From assembly GCA_016208745.1 (NCBI GenBank), contig JACQXN010000020.1, forward strand, positions 9,062-73,061: a DNA stretch of 64,000 nt, written 5' to 3'. This stretch comes from Candidatus Portnoybacteria bacterium. GTDB taxonomy: Bacteria; Patescibacteriota; Minisyncoccia; Portnoybacterales; GWB1-42-6. The translations under genes and the position numbers were made by a program. The notes beneath the pieces were generated by a model that saw only the letters and a program-made list of their open reading frames with translations, made no database searches and was not told the origin of the DNA. Each line of letters starts with the position of its first letter. Within the stretch, counting starts at the first letter, position 1. Positions 20,439-27,970 of this stretch are shown one piece after another.

Positions 20439-21236
20439 TTATAACCATCCTCCCAACATAACAATTCCCAAGCCAATTAATATTACGCCGGCGATTAAAT
20501 GCAGAAGCCGGATTTTTTGTTTACGCCAATTTTCAGCGCGCTCTGGAGCAAGGCCCCAATACATCGCAAAAACTATAACTAACATTGGTAAAACAAAAAT
20601 TAAGTTGTAAATAATAAGATATAAAATCGCTTTGATAAACGAAACCTTGCTGGCTAGCATTCCAAGAATTACTACATAGGGCCCAGAAGTGCAGGGCAGT
20701 AAAAACAGGCTGATTAAAAGACCAATGGCAAATGCGCCAACGGGATTGGTTACCCTTTTTATCATGGATTTCATTTTTGGCCGCCAGCTTTGCGGAACTT
20801 CCATTAAAAAACCCTTGCCATACCAAAAATAATCCTTGATATTTAAAAGCCCAATAATTATGGCTAAAATGCCAATAACTTTATAAAAAACTCCTGAAAA
20901 AGAAAGAGTATATTGCCGGATAACAGCGAAAAGCCCGACGCCCATTAGGAAATAGGCAAGAAAAATTGCTGTGGTAAACGCCAGCCCCGCCCAAAGCGCC
21001 TTTTTCCTATTACTTTCATCAATTAGCATCGAGGCCATTAAAAGTATTAAAATAGCAAATTCACAGGGATTAATTGCATCAACCGCCGCGCCACAAATAA
21101 CTGCCACAGGCGTTAAATGCAGCGATTGAAGGCCTGTATGGCAGGCGGCTTCATCCGCAGAGGCAAATTCAGGCAATAAAAAAACAGCTGCAATAAGTAT
21201 TGATAAAGCTATCTTTACGGCTAAGTGTTTATTCAT
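20439..21236 (-). CDS. ccdA: Cytochrome c biogenesis / thiol-disulfide transporter CcdA (DsbD-family) membrane protein
   Basis: It has two conserved Cys in TM segments (NPCEF and LLPCTSGP), a signal peptide, and 6 TM segments. Confidence 0.7.
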   Translation of the reverse strand: MNKHLAVKIALSILIAAVFLLPEFASADEAACHTGLQSLHLTPVAVICGAAVDAINPCEFAILILLMASMLIDESNRKKALWAGLAFTTAIFLAYFLMGVGLFAVIRQYTLSFSGVFYKVIGILAIIIGLLNIKDYFWYGKGFLMEVPQSWRPKMKSMIKRVTNPVGAFAIGLLISLFLLPCTSGPYVVILGMLASKVSFIKAILYLIIYNLIFVLPMLVIVFAMYWGLAPERAENWRKQKIRLLHLIAGVILIGLGIVMLGGWL

Positions 21237-21365
21237 ATAGTCTTTGGATATAGTAGATCATATTTGAAAAAAAAGCAAAATTGAGGTAGAGTAAAATAAA
21301 AATCCACCCCGACCCTCCTTTTCCAAAGGAGGGGATATTCCTTCTTTCGAAAAAGGGAGGCCAAG

Positions 21366-21488
21366 ATGGATTTGGAATATATGGATAAATATGACCCGAA
21401 AAAAGTAGAGCCCAAATGGCAGAAGTTTTGGGAGGAACATCCCGAGCTTTTTTCAGCCAAAGAAGATTCCAAGGGAAAAAAGGAATAG
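21366..21488 (+). other. leuS: N-terminal 40 codons of leuS, separated from the main ORF by an in-frame TAG at 21486-21488
   Basis: The translation MDLEYMDKYDPKKVEPKWQKFWEEHPELFSAKEDSKGKKE is followed by TAG, then ILDMFPYPSGDG. This is the canonical LeuS N-terminus (YNPKEIExKWQKxW...). Confidence 0.8.
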
Positions 21489-21491
21489 ATT

Positions 21492-23987
21492 TTGGATATG
21501 TTTCCATATCCTTCAGGCGATGGTTTGCATACCGGGCATGTTGAAAGCTATACCGCAACAGATATCATTTCCCGTTATTGGCGTATGAAGGGAAAAAATG
21601 TTTTGCATCCGCAGGGCTTTGACGCTTTTGGTTTGCCGGCAGAAAACTTTGCCATTAAAACAAAGATTCATCCTTCGCAAACCACTCAAAAAGCAATTGC
21701 CACTTTCAAGCAGCAAATGAATATGCTCGGATTTTCCTATGATTGGTCGCGGGAAGTTAATTCGTCTGACCCAAAATATTATAAGTGGACACAATGGTTT
21801 TTTCTTTTACTTTACAAAAATGGTCTGGCATATAGGGGTAAAGCAAAAGTTAATTGGTGCAATTCTTGTCAAACGGTTTTGGCCAACGAACAGGCCGAAG
21901 GCGGAGTTTGCGAGCGATGCGGCAGTCCGGTTGTGCAAAAGGATTTGGAGCAGTGGTTTTTTAAAATTACTGATCTTATTGAATCCAAGGGCGCTACTTC
22001 CGGATTGCTACAGGGTCTTGATAAAATTGACTGGCCAGAATCAACCAAAGCCGGCCAGCGCAACTGGATAGGGAAGTCAGAGGGAGCGCAGTTTAAAATG
22101 GAAATTATAACCAGTACCACCCCGGCCTCCGGCCACCCCTCCTCAGCTGAGGAGGGGACGAAAGGGGAGGTGTTGGATTATATTGAAGTTTTTACAACGC
22201 GATTGGACACGGTTTTTGGGATGACTTTTGCCCTTATCGCTCCGGAACATAAGATTATCAACGAGCTTAAATCGCAAATTGAGAATTGGAGTGAGGTTGA
22301 AAAATATATTGAAGAGGCCAGGAAAAAATCAGAGTTGCAAAGAATTTCTGAAACCAAAGAAAAAACAGGAGTGGAAATAAAAGGCGTAAAAGTTATTAAT
22401 CCTTTTACCGAGCAGGAAATTCCGGTTTTTATTTCCGACTTTGTTTTAGCGCATTATGGAACAGGCGCTGTTATGGCCGTTCCCGGACACGACCAGCGCG
22501 ATTACGAATTTGCTAAAAAATTTAACCTGCCGATTATTGAAGTGATAAAAAGCGAGGACAGAAAATCATCAATTGAAAAGGAGGCATTTATAGAAGATGG
22601 GGTATTGGCTAATTCGCGCGAATACGACAATACAACTTCTGCAAAAGCACGCGAAAAATTAATTGAGTGGATCCAGAAAAATAATCTGGGCGAAAAGAAA
22701 ATTAATTACAAAATGCGCGATTGGTTGGTTTCGCGGCAAAGATATTGGGGCGCGCCAATCCCGATAATTTATTGTCCGCAATGTTGTCATTCCCGCCCCG
22801 CATCGCAGTACGGGGCGAATCTAGAAAACGAAAAATCTGGATCCCGGATCAAGTCCGGGATGACAGAATTTGAAATTACAGAGATTGACGGAAAAAAATA
22901 TGCGATGGTCCCCATTCCAGAAAAAGATTTACCAGTGCTTTTGCCTGATGATGTTGATTTTATGCCGCATGGCGAATCCCCTCTTTCAAAATCAAAAAAA
23001 TTTCACGATGTTTCGTGTCCAAAATGCGGAGAGAAGGCGAAAAGGGAGTCAGACACAATGGACACATTTGTCTGTTCCTCCTGGTATCATTTCCGTTATG
23101 CTGATCCGAAAAACGAAAAAGAATTTGCCAGCAAAGAGAAAATAGAGAAATGGTTGCCAGTTGATTTGTATGTTGGGGGCGCGGAGCATACGGTTTTACA
23201 TCTTTTGTATTCCCGTTTTTTTACCAAGGCCTTGCATAATCTCGGCTACATTGATTTTGACGAGCCGTTTTTAAAAATGCGGCATCAAGGAATAATTTTG
23301 GCTGAAGACGGCCAAAAAATGTCAAAGTCGCTCGGCAATGTTATCAATCCTGATTCGGTGGTGGCACAATATGGCGCCGATGCCTTACGGATGTTTGAAA
23401 TGTTTATGGGGCCGCTGGAAGATGCAAAACCTTGGAATACTAAGGGGATCACCGGGATCTATAGGTTTTTGGAGAAAGCATGGAGGATAAGCTTAAAGTT
23501 TAAAGTTAAAAGTGAAAAGTCAGGGCTAGAAGTTAAAAGTTTAATACATAAAACAATTAAGAAAGTTAGTGAAGACATAGAAAAATTAAAATTTAATACA
23601 GCTATCAGCGCATTAATGGTTTTGCTAAATGAGATTGAAAAAAACGAAGAAATGCCCATCGAGGTTTTTGAAAAGTTTTTAATTCTCCTTTCGCCCTTTG
23701 CGCCGCATATCTCAGAGGAGATTTGGTCACAGTTAGGTCATGAAGAAAGTATTTTTAAAGAAAAATGGCCTGAATATAATCCCGAATTAATTAAAGAAGA
23801 GATAATTGAGTTGATCATTCAGATTAACGGCAAGGTGCGCGATACGATTTCTGTGGCGGTTGATATTTCGGAAACTGACGCTAAAAAACTCGCGCTTGAA
23901 AGCGAGAAGATAAAAAAATATCTTTTGGGCAGAGAGCCAAAGAAAATTATTTTTGTTAAAGAGAAACTAATAAATATTGTATTGTGA
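21492..23987 (+). CDS. leuS: Leucyl-tRNA synthetase main ORF (TTG or ATG restart just after the TAG). It carries at least three in-frame repeat insertions.
   Basis: Contains MFPYPSGDGLHTGH (HIGH), KMSKSLGN, the editing domain and a Zn knuckle CPQC...CPKCG. The insertions are at 22118-22175, 22785-22865 and 23492-23547. Confidence 0.9.
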   Translation: MDMFPYPSGDGLHTGHVESYTATDIISRYWRMKGKNVLHPQGFDAFGLPAENFAIKTKIHPSQTTQKAIATFKQQMNMLGFSYDWSREVNSSDPKYYKWTQWFFLLLYKNGLAYRGKAKVNWCNSCQTVLANEQAEGGVCERCGSPVVQKDLEQWFFKITDLIESKGATSGLLQGLDKIDWPESTKAGQRNWIGKSEGAQFKMEIITSTTPASGHPSSAEEGTKGEVLDYIEVFTTRLDTVFGMTFALIAPEHKIINELKSQIENWSEVEKYIEEARKKSELQRISETKEKTGVEIKGVKVINPFTEQEIPVFISDFVLAHYGTGAVMAVPGHDQRDYEFAKKFNLPIIEVIKSEDRKSSIEKEAFIEDGVLANSREYDNTTSAKAREKLIEWIQKNNLGEKKINYKMRDWLVSRQRYWGAPIPIIYCPQCCHSRPASQYGANLENEKSGSRIKSGMTEFEITEIDGKKYAMVPIPEKDLPVLLPDDVDFMPHGESPLSKSKKFHDVSCPKCGEKAKRESDTMDTFVCSSWYHFRYADPKNEKEFASKEKIEKWLPVDLYVGGAEHTVLHLLYSRFFTKALHNLGYIDFDEPFLKMRHQGIILAEDGQKMSKSLGNVINPDSVVAQYGADALRMFEMFMGPLEDAKPWNTKGITGIYRFLEKAWRISLKFKVKSEKSGLEVKSLIHKTIKKVSEDIEKLKFNTAISALMVLLNEIEKNEEMPIEVFEKFLILLSPFAPHISEEIWSQLGHEESIFKEKWPEYNPELIKEEIIELIIQINGKVRDTISVAVDISETDAKKLALESEKIKKYLLGREPKKIIFVKEKLINIVL
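22785..22865. mobile_element. TGTCATTCCCGC-TIR MITE inserted in-frame (81 bp, 27 codons) inside leuS
   Basis: TGTCATTCCCGCCCCGCATCGCAGTACGGGGCGAATCTAG...ATCTGGATCCCGGATCAAGTCCGGGATGACA encodes the extra segment between CPQCC and EFEITEIDGKKY in the LeuS Zn-knuckle region. Confidence 0.65.
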
Positions 23988-24011
23988 TTTTCAGTTTTTT
24001 ATATAAAAAGA

Positions 24012-24040
24012 TTGACTTTAAAGTGCTATTGCGATAGATA
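24012..24040 (+). promoter_or_regulatory. Sigma70-like promoter, TTGACT-17-TAGATA
   Basis: TTGACT at 24012-24017, a 17-nt spacer, then TAGATA at 24035-24040. Confidence 0.35.
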
Positions 24041-24302
24041 TAACATAAAGGGAGCAAAAATCGGTATCTGTTGCATGGGGCGTGTGGAAATAAGCAAAAT
24101 GAGAAGTCCCGGGCTAGTATCGTTTTGCAAAACTTCCATAATCTTGCTGGAGGCCAGGCGCATTTATTGCGGCTGTTGCCGAAAAAAAGAGTGCATGAAA
24201 GATTTTGCCGGTTAATCTCCTCTCTCCCTTCCCCCTTGCATCAACAAGGGGGATTTTCATTTGTATTTTTAGCGAGATTGAGGATATAATTGATTTAAAG
24301 AT

Positions 24303-24947
24303 ATGGACGTTATTAAAATCAACCCCGAAAATTTAAGGCCTTCGCGATACGGCATAGAAAAAGCCGCCGAAATTATTTTGCGCGGCGGGGTAGTTGTAAT
24401 TCCTACAGACACTGTTTATGGTTTGGCGGCTGACGCGACAAAAGAGTATGCTGTCAAAAAGATTTTTAAAATAAAAAAAAGACCGGAAACCAAGCCTGTG
24501 CCTTTGATTGTCCGCGACTTAGAAATGGCAAAAAAACTGGCGTTTGTCGATAAAAGGCTTGAAAGAATTTTAAACCTTATCTGGCCGGGCGCCATCACGG
24601 CTATTTTGCAAAAAAAATTTAATTTGCCAGAAATTGTGACAGCCGGGAAAAGAACGATTGGCCTGCGGATTCCAGATTATAAACTAATTCATTTTTTGAT
24701 TGAAGAGATTGGCCGGCCTCTTACTGCCACTTCCGCTAATATTTCCAGTCAGCCGCCATCAAATAAAATTGAGGATGTTTTAAGCCAATTTCGAAACGAA
24801 TTTTTTCGGCCGGATTTGGTTTTGGATGCTGGCGATTTGAAATGTTGTGAACCTTCAACTGTTCTTGATTTATCAACTGATCAGCCAAAAATTATCAGAA
24901 TTGGGCCAGCTAGCCCTAAGAAGTTGATGGAGATACTTTCAATATGA
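24303..24947 (+). CDS. tsaC: L-threonylcarbamoyladenylate synthase (TsaC/Sua5/YrdC family)
   Basis: Contains GGVVVIPTDTVYGLAADA and KIFKIKKRPETKPVPLIV, the YrdC-domain signature. Confidence 0.85.
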   Translation: MDVIKINPENLRPSRYGIEKAAEIILRGGVVVIPTDTVYGLAADATKEYAVKKIFKIKKRPETKPVPLIVRDLEMAKKLAFVDKRLERILNLIWPGAITAILQKKFNLPEIVTAGKRTIGLRIPDYKLIHFLIEEIGRPLTATSANISSQPPSNKIEDVLSQFRNEFFRPDLVLDAGDLKCCEPSTVLDLSTDQPKIIRIGPASPKKLMEILSI

Positions 24948-24954
24948 TTTTCAT

Positions 24955-25150
24955 GCCGCTTTTTTGGCAGCAAAAAAGCGGCGGAAAAAACTGCGCCCAG
25001 AGCGTAAAAATTTAATAAAATCGGATTCGCCTCGCTAAATTTGCTATCCACAACGCCCCAACCTTACGGTCGGGGCCCCACCACAGCACGCAAATTTTAC
25101 GCTTGGCTCATCGCGATTTTATTAATAAATTTTTCGCTATAGGCGGTGAA
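24955..25150 (+). repeat. Copy 2 of the ~190-bp structured intergenic repeat, tsaC to PAP2
   Basis: Same block order. The 5' hairpin is CCGCTTTTTTGGCAGCAAAAAAGCGG, a different sequence with the same fold. Confidence 0.65.
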
Positions 25151-25154
25151 TTAA

Positions 25155-25697
25155 TTGGATTATTTAATCTTTCAGTATTTCAACAATCTTGCTGGGCAAT
25201 ATAAGATAGTCGCTGATTTGGCGATTTTTTTTGCTCGCTTTTTCCAATATTTTTTAATTGGCGGAGCGATTCTATTTTTGCTGGCGAGGAAAAATAAACT
25301 AGGCAGGATAAAAAGTTTTAAAATTATCATTTTGTCTTTTGCGGCGGCCTTAGTTTCCCGTTTTATTTTCGCCGAAATTATTCATCTTTTTTGGTCTAGG
25401 CCCCGACCATTTTTAAGCCACGAAGTTTATAAATTAATTCCTGTTTTAACGGACGTCTCTTTTCCTTCGGGCCATATGTCGTTTTTATTCGCTTTTAGCG
25501 TTGCCGCATATTTATTAATTAAAAAAACCGACCCCTCAATTAAATGGGTCGGCTGGCTGCTTTTTTCAGGCAGTTTTTTAATCGGCATTGCCAGAATTTT
25601 TTCTGGAGTCCACTATCCTTCAGATATTCTAGCAGGCATTATTTTAGGGATTCTGGTGGGGTGGGGAAGCTATGTAATATTCAAAAAATGGTGGTAG
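25155..25697 (+). CDS. PAP2-family membrane phosphatase (undecaprenyl-diphosphatase-like)
   Basis: PAP2 motifs PSGH and SGVHYPSD are present and the protein is membrane-embedded. Confidence 0.8.
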   Translation: MDYLIFQYFNNLAGQYKIVADLAIFFARFFQYFLIGGAILFLLARKNKLGRIKSFKIIILSFAAALVSRFIFAEIIHLFWSRPRPFLSHEVYKLIPVLTDVSFPSGHMSFLFAFSVAAYLLIKKTDPSIKWVGWLLFSGSFLIGIARIFSGVHYPSDILAGIILGILVGWGSYVIFKKWW

Positions 25698-25717
25698 GGG
25701 ATTAATATGTTAGCTTT

Positions 25718-26863
25718 CTATCCAAAGAGTAACTTTTTCAAAATAACATCCGGCCTGAGCCGTTTTTTTAATTCAAAAAATGTTTTATCGCCTCGAATCA
25801 CCCGGCAGAATGTATTCCAGGAGCGATCGTTATTTTTTAAGACATTAAAGACAAACGAAGATATAGGCATAAGTATTCCAGAAAGTTTTTTTGAAGCTTT
25901 AAGTTCCGGCATAATCTGTTGGTTGATGTCGGTTTCGTAATCCCCGATAGCTTTTTTATGTCCTTCAAAAAATCTTTTTATTTGTTTGGCCGCGATTTTG
26001 GCGCTTTTAATAGCATAAAAAATTCCTTCGCCCGTCCAATAATCTACTAACCCCGCTGCTTCGCCAACCAAAAGCGCCTGTTTGGCAGTAATGGGTTTTC
26101 CGCTTGTGCGGTGATTAAATAAGTGGCCAGTTAGATTCAGGTTATCCGTTTTGACTCCTAGATATTTTAATAGTTCAAAAAGATACAATTTTAATTGCTG
26201 GCCGGAAGTTATTGGTCCGCCAACGCCAATTGAGAATAAATCGCTTTTTGGAAATACCCAGCCATAGCAATGCTTTATGGTCCCCAAATCAAGGAAAATC
26301 GTTTGGGCGTTAAGGGCAGAATAATTTTTTGCTAGACTGGCCGGAATTTCAACCTGGATGGCCACTCCCATAAAATCAATTGGGTTTAACCCAATGTTTT
26401 TGGCAACGAAACTATCTGCGCCGTCAGCGCCAACTAAAATTTTTCCTTGAAAAAAGTTAGTAGATGTGTTTATTTGCCAATTATCTTTTTCAAAAAATAT
26501 GTTTTCTATCCTCTGGCCATCAAAAAATTCAGCACCAGCCTCTTTTGCCTTTTGAACTAAAAAATCATCAAATTTTTCCCGTTTAATCATAGCAACCAGG
26601 CGCTTATCGTAGCTTCTTGTAAATTCTTTTTTAAGGCCATGAGCTAGGGTAATTTTGGAAATTTCGCATTCAATAATCGAGCTAATATCAAAGGGGAGGA
26701 CACTAAAGACCCTGTTGCTTAATCCGCCGGCGCAAACTTTTTTTCTCGGAAATTTTTCTTCATCAATAAGCGCGACTTTGAGTTTTGATTGCGCGAGATA
26801 AAAAGCCAGCGAAGATCCTGCTGGCCCAGCGCCGACGATTACTATGTCGTAATTTTTGTCCAT
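25718..26863 (-). CDS. FAD-dependent oxidoreductase of the geranylgeranyl reductase family
   Basis: N-terminal dinucleotide fold DIVIVGAGPAGSSLAFYLA and CAGG present; 381 aa. Confidence 0.8.
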   Translation of the reverse strand: MDKNYDIVIVGAGPAGSSLAFYLAQSKLKVALIDEEKFPRKKVCAGGLSNRVFSVLPFDISSIIECEISKITLAHGLKKEFTRSYDKRLVAMIKREKFDDFLVQKAKEAGAEFFDGQRIENIFFEKDNWQINTSTNFFQGKILVGADGADSFVAKNIGLNPIDFMGVAIQVEIPASLAKNYSALNAQTIFLDLGTIKHCYGWVFPKSDLFSIGVGGPITSGQQLKLYLFELLKYLGVKTDNLNLTGHLFNHRTSGKPITAKQALLVGEAAGLVDYWTGEGIFYAIKSAKIAAKQIKRFFEGHKKAIGDYETDINQQIMPELKASKKLSGILMPISSFVFNVLKNNDRSWNTFCRVIRGDKTFFELKKRLRPDVILKKLLFG

Positions 26864-26879
26864 TGAGGAATGAAGCTAG

Positions 26880-26963
26880 TGCCGCTGGTCGGAGTCGAAC
26901 CGACATGAGCTTGCGCTCACAGCATTTTGAGTGCTGCGTGTCTGCCAGTTTCACCACAGCGGC
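26880..26963 (-). tRNA. tRNA-Leu (anticodon CAA), class II with a long variable arm
   Basis: Folded by hand from the reverse complement. Acceptor GCCGCTG/CAGCGGC, D-stem GTG/CAC, anticodon stem CAGCA/TGCTG with loop CTCAAAA, variable arm TGAGCGCAAGCTCAT, T-arm GTCGG-TTCGACT-CCGAC, discriminator A. CCA is not encoded. Confidence 0.85.
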
Positions 26964-27003
26964 GCGACCTTCTTTAGATTTATCTTATTTGGATAACTGC
27001 TAT

Positions 27004-27031
27004 TTGTCAATTTGGATAGTTGAAGTATAAT
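27004..27031 (+). promoter_or_regulatory. Sigma70-like promoter, TTGTCA-16-TATAAT, upstream of parA
   Basis: TTGTCA at 27004-27009 and TATAAT at 27026-27031. Confidence 0.45.
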
Positions 27032-27039
27032 AGACTTAA

Positions 27040-27804
27040 ATGGCCAAAATTATTTCATTTATCAATCAAAAGGGAGGCGTTGGGAAAACGACCTCGGCTG
27101 TTAATTTGGCAAGTTATTTAGCCGCGCTTGGTAAATATGTTTTGTTAGTTGATTTAGATCCGCAAGCCAATGCTACAGCTGGTCTTGGTTTTGAGCCAGA
27201 AAGCCTGGAAAGAAGTCTTTATCATAGCTTGCTTGGCCAGGCACACCCTTTGGAATTAGTTAAAAAGACCAATCTTTTCGGTTATGAGTTGATGCCTTCT
27301 TCTTCGGATTTGGCCGGAGCGGCAGTGGAGCTAGTTTCTATTCCCAATCGAGAGTTTAGGCTTTACGAACTTTTAAATAGCATCCGGACTAACTATGATT
27401 ATATAATAATTGATTCGCCGCCAAGTCTGGGACTTTTAACAATTAATGGTTTGGTAGCGGCAGATGAGGTTATCGTTCCGGTGCAGTGCGAATATTATGC
27501 TTTGGAAGGGTTAGGGCAACTTTTAAAAACCGTTAATTTAATTCAGGAAAATTTAGGCAAGGATTTAAAGATTAAGGGCGCGCTCTTAACGATGTTTGAT
27601 AAACGTAATAAACTTGCTCAACAAGTAGCTAAAGAAGTGCGTTTGCATTTTCCCGGCTATGTTTTTGAATCAGTTATTCCCCGTTGTATCAGACTGACCG
27701 AAGCGCCGAGTTTTGGCCGAACAATCCTGCAATACGATCCATCTTCCAAGGGCGGAAAAGCATATAGGCAACTAGCAGAAGAATTTTTGAGAATGGAAAG
27801 TTAA
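27040..27804 (+). CDS. parA: Chromosome partitioning ATPase ParA/Soj
   Basis: Deviant Walker A KGGVGKTT and the N-terminus MAKIISFINQKGGVGKTTSAVNLA. Confidence 0.9.
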   Translation: MAKIISFINQKGGVGKTTSAVNLASYLAALGKYVLLVDLDPQANATAGLGFEPESLERSLYHSLLGQAHPLELVKKTNLFGYELMPSSSDLAGAAVELVSIPNREFRLYELLNSIRTNYDYIIIDSPPSLGLLTINGLVAADEVIVPVQCEYYALEGLGQLLKTVNLIQENLGKDLKIKGALLTMFDKRNKLAQQVAKEVRLHFPGYVFESVIPRCIRLTEAPSFGRTILQYDPSSKGGKAYRQLAEEFLRMES

Positions 27805-27810
27805 ATTTTG

Positions 27811-27963
27811 CTACGGAATACAGATAAGTACAGATATACGGATAAAAACAAAATCCACCCCGCCCCTCCTTTAAAAAGGAGGGAGATTCCTCCCTTTGAA
27901 AAAGGGAGGGTAGGAGGGATTTGGATTTAATCTGTATATCTGTAATAAATCCATAATCCGTAG
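27811..27963. mobile_element. MITE-like element. It has roughly 35-bp terminal inverted repeats (CTACGGAATACAGATAAGTACAGATATACGGAT) and a CCTCC-family palindromic core.
   Basis: The left end 27811-27845 and the reverse complement of the right end 27925-27963 match. A second copy with the same TIRs and a different core is at 44658-44858. Confidence 0.6.
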
Positions 27964-27970
27964 AGAAATC

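Noticed and set aside
21486-21488. Reassignment of TAG to a sense codon (alternative genetic code) as the explanation for the in-frame TAG in leuS
   Set aside because: TAG terminates several well-delimited genes in this window (for example parB at 28865-28867 and the AI-2E transporter at 12596-12598). Long conserved ORFs lack internal TGA or TAG, so standard code 11 fits.
21229-21558. - strand ORFs (109, 79 and 60 aa) overlapping the leuS 5' region
   Set aside because: The + strand clearly encodes the LeuS N-terminus, and a CCTCC-family repeat generates the open antisense frames.
24012-24289. RNase P RNA (rnpB) identification for the leuS-tsaC spacer
   Set aside because: Only a weak P4-like resemblance is present. 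The universally conserved GGUAAGAGCGCACC / P10-12 blocks are absent and the ~225-nt length is too short. It is retained only as an unclassified ncRNA candidate.
26763-27030. ORFs 26763..26957(-) and 26785..27030(+)
   Set aside because: They overlap the hand-folded tRNA-Leu(CAA) at 26880-26963 and the parA promoter. They are not coding.
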